This document shows positions 13,546 through 26,840 of a stretch of DNA of 64,000 nt, in pieces. Within the stretch, counting starts at the first letter, position 1. Every line of letters starts with the position of its first letter. This DNA is from Camelus ferus. Its lineage: Eukaryota. The stretch lies in the NCBI RefSeq assembly GCF_009834535.1, contig NC_045707.1, forward strand, positions 56,236,001 through 56,300,000, in the 5' to 3' direction. A model generated the notes under the pieces. That model was given only the letters and a program-made list of their open reading frames with translations, was not told the origin of the DNA and searched no databases. The position numbers and the translations under genes were made by a program.

Positions 13546-13880
13546 GTCCACCCAGTTTGAGATGCGACTTTCTAGTTCCTTCCATGAAGACCTGGAGTCT
13601 GTCTCCCAGACTTAGCTTTGGGCTAGCCTTGTGACTTGCTTTGTTTATAAGAACACTGGCATAAGCCAAGTAATTTGAGTTCTGAGCCTAGGCCTCAAGG
13701 GGCCTTGCATGCTTCTGCTTGCTCTCTTGGATTCATGCCACCATGGTGAGAACAAGCCCTGTAAGCCTGCTAAAGGGAAGCGAGAACACCTTGGAGGTGA
13801 GCAGAGCTACTCCTGCTGAGGCCATTCTAGAACAGCCAGCCCTTAGCTGGCTGCAGACACAAAAACCAGACCAGTCCAAA

Positions 13881-14031
13881 GAGGGAGGGTATAGTGCAAG
13901 TGGTAGATTGCATGCTTAGCATGCATGAGGTCCTGGGTTCAATCCCCAGTACTCCAGTTAAACATAAATAAATAAATAAACCTAATTACCCCCCCCAATA
14001 ATAAAAATGAGTAAATAAAATTAAAAAAAAA
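13881..14031 (+). mobile_element. Camelid tRNA-Ala-derived SINE (Vic-1-like) with A-rich tail
   Basis: tRNA-Ala-like head followed by (TAAA)n-CCTAATTACCCCC and an A-rich tail. Confidence 0.88.
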
Positions 14032-16299
14032 TACAGTTCAGGTTAGCTGAGCCCAGCCCAGCAGTATACCAGCCAAGCAGTTTCCTCCTAGGAAAAAATA
14101 AGTGTTTATTGTCATGTGTTTTTCCAAAGTGCTGTGTTCATTTTTAATGCAGCAGTATAGTGGCACTGGGTAACTGACGTACCCTCCTGCCGTCTCACGG
14201 CCACTGAGAAAAAGGAATCAGAGGCCAGTTCTGGTTTCTCCATGTCTCTTCTCACCAATACTCACAGATAAATCCAAAATGGAAATTGAATTATACTATT
14301 TAACCATCATGTTTTCATAAAACATTAAGAGGAACACAGGGAAACCAGAGCAACTAAAGTTATACATAACCACTGGCTAAATTTACTTGATCACTGTCAA
14401 CTTTCCTTTACACTGTGTGGCTTCCTAGTTCCCGGCGCAGAGTCTACTTAAAATAAAATACCCATTAGTAACCATCTTAAAAACATACAGCTATAAGCAC
14501 ATTTTAAGAAAGCGGTTTTCGTTAAAAATTATTTGCTTATATGGTAAGTATAAAAACTCTCCCTTTCCAACCCAGACAACAAGCCAAAAGTATCTCCTCA
14601 AGCTTGGAAATTACTTTTCCTGAAATCAAAAAAACCATATGAAGTATATAGCTTGAAATCAGAGCTGAGAACTAGCACTTTAAGTTTTCCAAGTGATATT
14701 TATTAATATATAATGCACAGCGATGGGACATTCTGAACTCTATACACCTATATACTTCTGCCTTATGTGTATAGTTCTTGGATTCAGCTTCTTTTTTTAG
14801 GTTCCTTCTGAAGCAGAAGGTGTTCAGCACCTGTATTTATGGCAGAATCAAATTGCATCCTCACTGCTAAATCTTTGCTGTTTTTATTTGCCACAACTAA
14901 AGGTCTCAACAGAGATTTCTGAGCCTCTTCCATTCCCAGATCTCTCCCTCCTTTCTCCTATTTTACTTAAAATAAGTCAAGATAATTTTAAAAGCAAATG
15001 AATAACCACTCCTAAAGGAAGCAATCAGAGTGGACAGTTTCCCAGTGCTTTTTCCCTGAGGACTCCGTGGATGCTAGCTTTTCTCTTTACTCCACGTTAT
15101 AGCAACTTCTTATAACAAGTTAATAAACAATCATCTGAAAGCAGATTATGTTCTGGATAGGCTAAAATGAAAGGAGTCAATTCCCTGAATATAAATAGAT
15201 GACATTTTTCTCTTTGAATACTCTAATCACAAACTTTCTAATGATGGACTTTTCACTGTAGCTTAGCTCCCTTATCAAATAATTATTTTCCACCCATTAC
15301 ATGCAACAGCATTCCCAAAGGACTGCATGGGTTAATCCATGCTTAATAGACAGCTATTTTGTTTTGCTCACTTCCGTGTTTCAAAGAAGGTACAAGGATG
15401 CAAAATACATCCTGTACCCCAAAGTAAGGATGAAAAAGACTGGCTACTCCAGGTGGGGAGTGAGGGCAAAAGGTCAGGGTCTGAAATACTACAGACAGAC
15501 AGGTGTTTCAAAGAGAAAACAATGGAGAAGTCCAAGGACAAATTGATAACTTGTTTTTTCAAGATGAAAATATGCCTCATGAACACCTGACGGGGGTTTG
15601 GGAGGATGGTAATGAAAAGGAGATATGCAGATTTTGTGTTGAAAAGGTGCTCTTGGCTGGAGGAGATCTTGCCTTGAGACAGTTGATACCCAAGGGTCTA
15701 GAATTGTGAAGTGGTAAAGGATATTTTCAAACAAGGCCTAAAAGAAGAAGAGAACAAAAAGAAGAAAATATCTAAGGTCAGTCAAAAAAAATCAACATCT
15801 TGGGAACAGCTGGAGAGCTGGACCTAAAAATACAGATTGAAAAGAAGAGACAAAAAAAGAAATACTGTCACCTGGGTCTGGCCTAGGTGGACGGCAAACA
15901 TGGTCAAGTGTGTGAGTGAGTTAGAATGGTAGAGAAGCCAGCTGAAAAGAGACCTGTGGCCTTGTCTGAGTAGGATCAAGTGCGTATAGAAACCCAAAGG
16001 AAGGCTAATAAATCACGATCTGGACCCAGAACAAGGAATTAGAAGTTGAATGGGCTGTTTGAAATCCCAGAACTGCCTCTGCAGAGTAAAAGGGAGCAGA
16101 TACAGAGCATATGAAATGATTTAATTGTGTGTCAAGAGACATGGCCTTAAGCAGCCTCGTGGCCTCGCATAATCACCCTTGGGTGTAGTCACTTCCCTTA
16201 TACAATGAAAAGGTTGCATAAACTCATCCCTTAGATGTCAACTCTCATGCTCAAGGAATCTGACGCTTGTAAAACCCTGGTTGCATTTAGTCTGTAGAC

Positions 16300-16513
16300 C
16301 TGTGTTTCCAAATGGGGGAGGGGGAATTTGGCCGTGTCTGGAGACATTTTTGGCTGTCACGACTTGGGGGGAATGCTACTGGCATATACTAGGTACAGGG
16401 CAGGGAGTCTGCTAAATATTCTATAGCAAACAGGACAGCCCCCACCTCCCCGCTCCCTCAACAAAGAATTATCTAACCCACAATGTCCATCGTGCTGAGG
16501 TTGAGAATCTCTG
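16300..16513 (+). mobile_element. MER20 hAT-Charlie DNA transposon
   Basis: gtctggagacatttttggctgtcacgacttgggggg..gctactggcat..aaagaattatctaacccacaatgtc..gctgaggttgagaa matches the MER20 consensus as I recall it. Confidence 0.8.
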
Positions 16514-17184
16514 CTAAAGGCCGAAATTCCTTTGCATTCAATTCTTGTTTACTGATCAGTTAGTTCTTCAACTTCTCTAACTGGGGTAGAAAATATTGTT
16601 GTAAGCATTCCATTAGAGAGAAAAGGCATAAGCTGGGATCAGAGATTTCTGAAGGAAGAAAGCTTCCCCTTGAAAATACCCACTGATACGGCAAGAATGT
16701 TGTGACCACGTTTATCATAGAACAACAATGAAAAAATTTATGTGTGTCCATCATTCTCTACCGAGGCCTATTCAGCATTGTGAACAGATTTTGGGAGCCA
16801 GAAGAGGTGGATTCCAATGTATTTGGTCTAGTTCTGTCATTAGTTATCATTAGAGCAAGTCACTCAGTCACTGAGATGTAGTAATACAAAATTAATATCT
16901 GTTTTACCTTTCATCAGGGTTGCTATGAAAATCAAATGAAAGGAGATCTGAAAGTGATTTGAAAAAAGTGCTATAACTATATAAAAAGTGATTTATGCTT
17001 GTGTTTGACATTATTTAAAGCATATTCTCTAGGTAAATCTTGTAAAATATTAAATTGAGCTCAACAAAAATTTGAATTCCAATTTGAAGGGCATGGTAAT
17101 AGATATTATCTATACTACAAACAGAAAATCAAGACAAGTAACTTTCTGTCCATTAAGTGTTCCAAGTCTATTTGGGAAAGGTTT

Positions 17185-18205
17185 CAGTTATCTATTAGCA
17201 CAACAAACAATGACAAAAACCTAAACATCATACAGCATTAAATAGTCATTGCTCATGTGTCTAGGATCAGCTGAGGTCTAGCAGGGTGGCTCTGTCTTGG
17301 CTCATCTCACTCATGTGTATCTGAAGCTTGGGTAGCTGTCAGCTAACCTAGGGTACCTTGACTGGGGCAATGAGCTCTGTTCATGCGTCTCTCATCCTTA
17401 TGTAGATTACTCTTGAGCATCTTCTCAAGTTCATAGTACAAGGCAAGCTTCTGCTTCCTTGTCTGCTCCCATCTCACTGGTCAAAGCATGTCATGTGGCT
17501 GAGCTCAGAGTCAAAGGGTGGGTGCAACATTTCATCCACTGTGAGTGGATACTGTAAAGTCACATGGCAAGGGATGTAGACAGAAGGAGTGGTCAAGATT
17601 TGGGCCAATGATGGAATCTACTGTAGGAAACAAATATACACAATGGACGATGAAGAGTCACATCTATACCCAATGGAGAGGGTTATACATCTCTGAGATT
17701 TTCTGCACTTTGAGTTGGATTAATTTACTGAATGTAACTCTGAGCTGACTTCCTTGAAGAGGTAATGATTTGTTTAACGTATAAGAAGAAGGGTCTACAC
17801 AAATGTTTAGTGGTCAGAGGGATGGATGGTGGAAAAGACAGCTAACTGTGCATCAAAGCTGGTGCTTCCCTTTCTCTCTAGATCTATATGGAATCATATG
17901 ACTCATTCTCACCAATGGAATATGAGCAGAAGTAACTGTGTCATCTCCAGGATAAGATAGTTAAGCATTCCCTATTCTTTCTTTCCCCTTCTCCTGCCTG
18001 GAGGCGAAGTATTTCAAGGCTCCAGGAGATGATGAAGTCACAAAATGGACAGAAGCTGAATCCTTGAATCTCCATATAGAGGAAAGTACACCACAAGCCA
18101 TCAATAAACATTGGACCAGTATGTGAGTTTGAAAGAAATGGTTATGTTTAAGCCACTAACATTTTTAGACTTATTTGTCACATCAGCTAGCATTATCCTA
18201 ATATC
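17185..18205. mobile_element. Two MaLR MLT1-type LTR remnants (~17185-17625 minus, ~17825-18205 plus)
   Basis: MLT1-like motifs (tcagttatctattagc..; ..gttatgtttaagccact..cagctagcattatcctaata). Confidence 0.45.
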
Positions 18206-19205
18206 ATACAATTTTAATATAACACTATTACCAATTTAAAATGTTTTTAAAATAATTTAAATTGGCCTTTTTTAGAAGTTTATTACAGCTTCTCACCCAA
18301 ATCTGAGAAATTAAATCTCTAACACATTCTCACCAAGTGAATATCCACTTGAGTAATCCAGCAACAGTAAGCTTACTAACTTCTGAAGCAGCCATTTTTC
18401 TGTAAGAAAATTCTGTCTATAAGGAAAATTTTTCTGAGTTTGAGTTGCATACCCCTAATATATCATATCTACCCATTTGTTCATTCTAGAATTCCTAAGC
18501 TTAACTTTATTCTCTCTTCTAAAGGGCTGAGCTTTTATTATTTCAAGATATCTACACATTCTGCCTCCAAGCCATAGTGTCTTTTCTTCACAAATTAATC
18601 ACGCCTTAAAGAAGATAAACTTGAAACTATTTTTGGGAAACCCAGCAGCAGTAATTACATATAAAGTTTCAATATTCTTTGTAAACTGTGATAGTCACTG
18701 GTTACACTAACTCTACGACAGGGTAAATTTTACTGTTAGTTGAGAAAACACATTAAAAAAAAATCTTATGTACAGAATGAAAGTCACAGTATATGCTGGG
18801 CAAAAACATTTGAGATTTTAAGTGTTCCAAACACAGTGGTAGACAGATACCACAAAGACATTTTACAAATATATGGATTTTAGCATGCTATGATTTGATA
18901 ACTGTTTGACGTTTTTGTCCCAACATTTTGACATAAAGAAGGATTTGTATTAACTAAGTCAAGTGGAAGAATTTTTAATGTAATTTCTAAGAAATTCTGT
19001 TTTTTTGAAGTTCTATAACACCAACATCTTGTATCCATTATTTTTATTTATACTTTTTTCTCCAACTTGAATATTGATTCAATTATGCAAAGCTTCCAAG
19101 AGGAAAGCTTCGTACTGAAAACTTCTGACCCCTTTGTGCATTTTTACTAACAAATCAAACGTTCAGGAGTTTCTTCCTCCCCTTAAAATGCTAGAAAGTG
19201 GTAGA

Positions 19206-19221
19206 TGGCGCCCTCTGCTGG
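19206..19221 (-). promoter_or_regulatory. CTCF binding motif
   Basis: Minus strand reads CCAGCAGAGGGCGCCA, matching the CTCF core consensus CCASYAGRKGGCRC, in AT-rich apparently non-repeat DNA. Confidence 0.7.
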
Positions 19222-21989
19222 TTCTCAGATGATGTAGCCAAAGTCACTTGGACAAATTCAGCAACCAGCAGATGTTCTTTATGATGCGTAGGGAAAATTA
19301 CTAGCATGAATTGAAAAGTAAACGTTTAAGAAAAATAACAACTCTGCTGGCTTTAATGCAGCTTCAAATTCTATATTCAATCATTTCTTTAGTTCAAGCA
19401 ATATGTTTTGGATTTTTACCTCCACCTCCCATCTGTGTTTTACTTATACTTGAGAATAAAAGCAGAGTTGCTATAAAGAGTCAGTACAACACATATTTCC
19501 AACTTCAAAAACAATTCTTGATAGATTTATACTTATTACAAAAGGAAGACAAGCTTGGTGTTAAAAAAAAAAATTACTGATACCAGTAAAAAAGTGAAGG
19601 CCTCTTCATCAGCACTTTCACTCCCTAGTCCTACTTCACAGGATTCAGAGTAATTTACTATGGAAAAAAAAAATAGTGTTGGTGTGTGAATTACTTGGTT
19701 GAGAATTTTAGGCTTAGTTTATGTAGATTATATTTTCAATGTACGTTGGCTTTTAGAGTAACAGGGGAAAAAATACTCTCTTTCCCTGGCCTTTAAGACT
19801 TTAATACTCAAGAAGACTGCTCCTTACAAACACAAGACAATGCCAAAAAACAAGCAATCTTAGTAGTTTCTTGGAGTTCATGATTAGATTTAACCTGTAA
19901 AAGAGCTTTCTTATTCAGGATGGAAAAAGGAAAGCAAGAATGAAGAGTATTCTGTGCATGTAAGTTACAAGTTTCCTAGTGTTTCAAGATAAGGTAACAA
20001 TTTTGCTAGAAATTATTCAAAGAGGAGTAAAATCCTAGCCATATCATGTCCTTGAAACTGGAAATTACAAAAAAACTGTATTCTAAGGAATTTATTGAAT
20101 GGGGACAGAATAAAACACCATTCCCCTATAAATGTAAACACTCATTAGAAGATTTAATCACTTTGCCCTAAATTACAGGAGTTTGCTTTCTAGTTAGATG
20201 TTGGAAGTTTTTGAATTAAGTTTTAATGGTTGCTTAGGGTAGAAAACTAGCTCAACAAAGTGACTCAAGCTAGTGGTTTTCAATTGTGGGTCTGCAGACC
20301 AGCTCTGGTTTGCCGCAATATTTTCCCTGGTCCATGATGACATTAGAACGCTAAGATAAACCAAGATGATTTTTCATGAAGCAAAGCACATTAAATTTAA
20401 AGAAATGCACTTGAAACTTTGTGTTTGTGCTATCAAGTATCCACTTTATGAAAAAATGATAATGAATAAAATAAAAATTAATAAAAATAAAATTAAAACT
20501 GAGCAGATTTGGCAAAAAAAAAAAAAAAAAAAAGGTTGACAATGCTCTGGTTCTCCCCACCCCATGCTTTGAAATTATTTTTTTCTCATCTTTAAAATAC
20601 CAAAGACTGTAATCACTGCCTTGTCAGTCCTTGAATGTTTTCAAAACAGTCATCATACCCTAACATCTGAACTTGGGATGTAACTTCTGAACTAAGTTTG
20701 CTCTGGTCAGAGTTGGTACAGCACTCACAAAATCCCCTACTTAACAGTAAGAACATGGCTAAAATAACCTGTGACTTTCCATAAATCCAAAATCTTATAG
20801 AACTTTGCATTTTGTGAAAAGAATTTTTTTCTTGTCTTACGGTTTTTGAGAAACACTTGTGAAATCCACATGTTTATCAGTGGGATTTATCTTTCAGAAT
20901 TGGGAGGATATGTTTTGCCAGTCATAAATGAAGTGTAATCCCTGTAGACTCAAGTTTAATTCAAAAACACTCTCTCCAGAGCTGCTAAATTTGGCAGTCC
21001 ACCGTCTCTCCTCCATATGCTGTCCTTAGGGGATTTTACATACATTGTCCATAATGGTTTCTACTTAGGATGTCTGGAAAAGTAGATATTATGGTCACAG
21101 AAGGGCCATTAAAGGGAATTTGAAAACAGATCCATTAAGTTGAAGTATTCAATTGTAAGAGTCTTCAAGTTGGATGGACTATGCTAATTGATATTCAAGG
21201 AATAACTCCATCCACTCACTGCTTATAATGGCATCTAACTACTCATACTTGTATCGCTAACCAACCTGGTTTGGTTGTCTCCCTGGAGAGAGGAGTATTA
21301 GCAGAACACAGCGTGCATAAAAAGAAGAGCAGATAAACAATGAATTGTCCCGGAATGTGGGCCTCATTTCCATTCCACTCTGTTGTTCGGTGCCTTTACT
21401 GTTTCAAATGGCCATCTTTTTTTCATTAATTACATCAGCTCTGCTTTTGTTATGTCTTGTTGGAAAAGAGGAAACTAAGTTTCCATTATTTCTCTTCTAG
21501 ACTGTGGAATGCAACAGCTGTTGTGTTTTGCAAACATCCAGTCATATCCTAGAATCTCTGGTCAGTTTTTGAGTGGATTTAAAAATACTTTTCTGCACTG
21601 TTACACTCACCCTCCCCAAACGTGTGAGTTTGGGCTTCTTTTGTCTCTCTGCTCGTCTGTTGTGGCCTCACTCTGGTTTCCTCCACCTGGCTCTCATTTT
21701 CAAGCCTTGTAATAGTTCTCAAGAGTAACGAAAGTATCCCAAAGGTTTCTCAGCATGGCCGTGTCTCAGGCATGCAACACTATTTTTGAGGTTTTGGTTT
21801 CGTTTTGTTTTAATTATATTTCCTTTCCTTCTGTTTACATGATTTTCCGGACACAATCTCTTCTGCCCTGCACGCTGGACAGCATCTCTGTGATCCTCGG
21901 CATGTGACACTGGGCAGACAATAAACCTGCAGGTTTACCTATAGCAGCTGCCTTCACGGGATGGGAATCACAGTTGTGATGATTTCCCA

Positions 21990-22340
21990 AATGTGGACAG
22001 TACTTGGTGAGTTTTCAAATTTGTTCCCATCCATTGTCTCATTTGAACCCACAAGGATCCTGTAAAGCAACTAGGATAGATGCCATTCTTTCCATTTGGT
22101 AGATGAGGAGAAATACGGCCCTAAAGAGCTGTGGAATTGGATCAGCCAACCCAGAGTACTAGTAAGAGCTGGGATAGGAACAAGAAGCCTGGTCTTTTGT
22201 CTTCAGTGTTTTCTCCCAGGGCATTTTCTTGGGCTTCTTTCTTCACCTGTAAAATGCGAAAACTCCTACCTTGGTGTTATGAGGAAAGAATGCAAGAATC
22301 TAGGCAAGTGCACAAAGTGCGTGCTCAATAAATGTTGACT
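21990..22340. mobile_element. MIR fragments
   Basis: ctcatttgaacccacaag..gatgaggagaaatacggccct..; cttcacctgtaaaatg..gtgctcaataaatgtt. Confidence 0.6.
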
Positions 22341-22894
22341 GTGATCCTTTGTCATATAGATACAACAGCTAAATTGGCTGAATAGCACATACATGCAGCT
22401 CTCCCTGGCTGCAAGCATCAGAATGTATTGGTCCACAAAGGAGAGCTTTTGAGTAGCCAATGACTGAAATACGATGATTGGCAATTTATGTTGGGTTCCA
22501 ACTGCTCAGCAGCAACAACCCTCGTCCCCCTGCTCCCATAAGGAAAATTATACTTAGGCTGATTGGTCTCTATAACAAAACCAGCTGACCCACACAGGAT
22601 GGTGCATGTGTGGATAACAGATTCCGGATTTATATCCAGTCTCACCGTTTACAAGCTGTATGATCATGGTCTGGACAAATGATTTAATCTCTCTGGGCCT
22701 CAGTTTTTCCTACCCATAAAATGTGGAAATTGAGGCTTAGATGGGTTTGTTGAGGCGACTGAGGAAAATACAGAGGTTCAACTGAAATTTTTGACCAGGG
22801 CACCAAGGTATGGTAGCTATCAGATATGAGACCTTCAAAAGATGAAAACTATTAAGAAAATACTTGAGTCCATTAAGATTATGAGCCCTTTCCT

Positions 22895-23860
22895 TGTGGG
22901 TCCTTTACTTAGAGCACCAAAATGGAAAAGCCAGAAGGGCGGGCTGGGATTTGGAGAGGATTTGGCAGGAGACTTTTTTAGGTGAGAGCTGCATTCTCAT
23001 TCGCCTCCCTGGAGAGGGGTGCAGTGGTTCGGCCTCCCAAAGCCAGGCCTGGTGGGAGGGGCTTCCATGGAGCCTCTCAGAGAATGTGCTGGGTGTTCCT
23101 GAGCCCCATGGACCCCCTTAGGCTTGAGAAAGTGAGAACAGCTGAGGACAACAGAGCAGCGAGCTTCCCCGGGGAAGTAACGGCACCTACCCCCGGCAAG
23201 TTAAAGAGGTGGACCCTGGAGACAAGCTGTGGAGACTATGGCTGTGATGTCGGCCTGCGGCTGTTGTACAAGGGATCCCACTGGAGTACACGGTCTGCCT
23301 GGGAGAGGAGACGGCGGGTACATAGGACTACCTTGCTGGGGCAGGGCTGAAGACCAGGCTGGAGGCGCCCAGCCCAAGATACGTGAGTTGCAGCGGAGGG
23401 AGACTGAAAGGGTCCCGTGAGAGTACATGTCAGCGCCAGCCCGCACCCCCACAACCTCCAGAGGACATGCAGTACCTTACAAAGTACCTGATGGGGAAAA
23501 CGTTTCCTCAGCCCCTAATTTCTCCTTCCATGAGCCTTCTTGCTCTCCAAGTAGCCAACCAAAGGCAGATGGACCCATGTGGATGTGGAGGCAGGAGAGT
23601 TTTCACTTTAAATCAAGTTTAAACTTTTGATTATAACACAATGATGGATGTTTTAAATTATAAGCTAGGTTGTGTTTGTGACTTGAAGTGACTGTAGGAC
23701 TCTTAACTAAATGTAACTTGTAAAGTCATAGGCTGGCTCAAGATGGCATCCAAACAGGGAAGGGGGCAGCCCCACTCAGCAGGACTAAAAGGAGGGAAAG
23801 GGACAAAAGCAGGTTATTCTGTAATTACATCTGTGGGGTTTGATTACAATCAGTTAGGTA
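22895..23860 (+). mobile_element. Ancient LTR-like element (possibly MamGypLTR family), relatively CpG-rich
   Basis: A GC-rich purine-biased block followed by ttaaatcaagtttaaacttttga..gaagtgactgtaggact, reminiscent of mammalian Gypsy LTRs. The family name is from memory only. Confidence 0.35.
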
Positions 23861-24909
23861 AAGAACCTTAAATATAGTATGTTCACCAAACGACTAGTAT
23901 TTTTTTTTGTTGCTCTGAAAACTGGTTTTATCTGAAAAGTTAACATTTTGAATTCAAAAGATTAAGAAGAAAAGTTTAAATATTTGAAATCTCTCACCCA
24001 ATAGCATAATAGGAGAGTCATCATGACTTCCAGGATTAAGGAGCTCACCACCCAGTTAAACTGCCAATTAGAAACCTACAGACGTTAGAAAGTTTGTTCT
24101 TACAACAAAACAAAATCCATAGTCGTGTAATTTCTATCCGTTTGTTCATGTGTTATCCACTTAAGGAATACAGATCATGTTTAGCTGAAATTTTGTAGTT
24201 TCAAGGTTTTTTTCTCTCTTCCACATATTGGAAGACAGTTACATCTTCCCTTATTCTTTATTTTCAGCCTGAATGTTACTGTTTTCTTCAACTCTTTTGC
24301 ATACAACGTAGCATCCTTGTCTTGATCTCCCTCCTCTGCAGGTTTTCCTGTTGGTCAGTTTCCCTCCTCCTGCCTTGAAGACTGGTCCTGGATGTAACCT
24401 AATGGCAGAGTTACTTCTGCCATCATATAACATGCATATTAGGTTCGTGGGCAACTCAAACTTCTCCAGGTATTTGCATAGGAAATATCCCGACAAGTCA
24501 GGTCCTCTTTATTCTGTACTCATACGGTTGGTTATTAAAAAGTGAAGGGGAAAAAAAGTGCCCTTGTTATACTCCATTCTATCGATTTTACCCTAGTTTT
24601 CTAGGCTTCTGCAAATATCTGGAATCTCTTTTCTGATTCAGACTGGTTTTTTAGAAATTATTTTTTCTCTCTCCCAGCTTTGGCCATGTGATAGGTTATA
24701 AGCATCCTATAAATCTGCACTTAAGACACTGATTTTAAAAAATTGAGAAGGATAATTATTTTCCAATGAACATACCTGGGTGGTAAAATGTAACCATTTT
24801 CATTTTTAGTAGATGTTGATAAAATGCACATTTTTAAGATAATTTAAATACTACTGGGTTACAATTAACTTTATATAAGGGAGTCGCTGTTCATGAAGTC
24901 ACTGTTTTG

Positions 24910-24995
24910 ACTATGTTGTATAACAGGCTATAAGTACACTAGAAATTAACAATATTGTAAATCGACTATACTTCAATTAAAAAACAAAAAAACAA
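24910..24995 (+). mobile_element. Very short L1 3'-end fragment with A-tail
   Basis: ..cactagaaattaacaatattgtaaatcgactatacttcaattaaaaaacaaaaaa matches the 3' ends of the L1s at ~44390 and ~50045. Confidence 0.7.
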
Positions 24996-26029
24996 GCCAT
25001 GAAACGCATGTGGCAAAGACACCCAGTGTGCAGGGCTGAGCCAGCCAACTGCACGATCCAATTCCCATGCAGGCAGCAGTGGTGATCTCATCGCACTGGC
25101 TTGTAGCAGGATTTTGGCTCAATTCTGACCTTGTTTCTGCCCACATTCTAAGCCTGGTTTTCTGGCTTTACAGTGCTTCTATGAGCTAAACTTTACTCAT
25201 TTAACAAACTCCATTTCTGCTTAAATGTCAGGCCTGAACTATTTACTGTTGCTTACAGCTACGAGAATATCGCCAACTCTTTCCCCATTACTACTTAAAT
25301 GCTTATTTCCGTTTCTTTCCCCAACAATTTCAGAGCAAGATTTAACACCTCTGTGAATACACACATTCATACATATTTAGGCACTCCTGCAAACGGAACA
25401 ACTGCTATCCCAAATGAGATTCAATTTTGTTTTGTTTTGTTTTTTTCTGAATGTCCAGGCTGCTTCTTCAGCTAGGAAATTCAGCAGAAAGGGGCCTCAC
25501 AGCCTTCGCACACTCTGTATTCTTTCCTCTTTCTTACTCGGCTGTCGGTTTCGTTTAGATTTTGTTCCCATGTTTATTTCTCACGCAGGCAACAAAACAA
25601 AACCCAGAAATAAAGAAATATGATATCAGTGGCAGTTAAAATGAGCAAATTTAGCAGTGATCAATACTTGGAGGAGAAAGTTGCAGGTGGATGTTATAAA
25701 AATACACAGTAGTTCTTATCCTATTGGAAGTGAGCATTTTCAGCCCCACATATACATGTTGTCACACAAATAAAATAAAAAGAATGCATTGCATGCTTGC
25801 TGTCCTGCTGGACTTAAGCTCCATCCTGGCTCCTTTAGTTTGCTTTGCATATTTATGCTCTAATCCATTGACTGTGTAGCTTGTAATTTGTTTCTCAAAG
25901 GACAAATTTATTTCTTTCACTTGATAGTTTTTAGGGAAAGGAATGTCATTTTTGGTACATAGCTACATCTTAGGAGTATTTGACACAAATATTCAAAAGT
26001 AGCTGAGCTGGGAGTCCCTAAAACTCCTA

Positions 26030-26840
26030 GTCACCAGTGCTAATGTGTGTGCACAGGTGTTTCCACACTACCAACAAGCAATTCTCCAACATCAGCTGCG
26101 AGTCCTACAGTTCAACTCAGTTCTGACACTCCCTAGAGAATAGCACCAGAGCGCACAGATTAAGGGCTCAATCTCACAAGATGCTCTTCCCACAGCAGAT
26201 GCCAATCACAAGCCCCCGTTGTTACCTGTGCTTCTGAGCAACCAGCTATAGATTGGAGGTTCCAACAACACCCCCTGGCTGGGTTCAATTAATTTGCTAG
26301 AGCAACTCACAGAACTCAGGGAAACAATTTACTCGTTAGATTACCTGTTTATTATAAAGGGTATAATTCAGGAACAGTCAGATAGAAGAGAGTGGAGGGC
26401 AAGGTGCAGGGAAGCGTCGTAGAGCTTCCGTGCCCTCTCCCAGTGCACCACTTTCCCCAAACCTCCAAGTGTTCACCAACCTGGAAGTTCTCTGAATCCC
26501 GTCCTTTTCGGTTTTTATGACGGCTTTATTATAGTTGCATGATTAATTGAATCATTGGCCACTGGTGATTGATTCAACCTCCAACCCAGCTCCTCTCTCT
26601 AGAGGTGGGGTAGGATTAAAAATTCGAACCCTCTAATCACAGAGCTGGTTCCCCTGGCAACAAGCACCATTTAAGTGCTGACAAAAGTTCCCTTACTAAC
26701 GTAAACTCAGGTGTGGTTGAAAGGTGGCTGTTAGGAATGTTAAGACACACATCACTCTTATCACTAGGAAATTCAAGATTTTTAGGGGCTCTGTGCCAGA
26801 AACGGGGAGGAGACCGAATACATATTTAATCACATGTCAC
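26030..26840 (-). mobile_element. MER21-related LTR
   Basis: ctcacagaactcagggaaac..gtttattataaagggtata..gtgttcaccaacctggaag; homologous to 9940-10670. Confidence 0.6.

Larger units (their letters stand above)
11817..14182 (+). mobile_element. MaLR MLT1 (G/H-like) LTR split by an L1 and a SINE
   Basis: 5' part 11817-11878 (..caaaaatgtctcaatttctacccctc..) continues after the L1 at 13559 (gatgcgactttctagttcc..ggctagccttgtgacttgctttg) and after the SINE to ~14182. Confidence 0.6.

Noticed and set aside
22894..23630. Cluster of seven short ORFs up to 122 aa
   Set aside because: Stop-codon scarcity in GC-rich LTR-like sequence, with no recognisable protein or splice structure.
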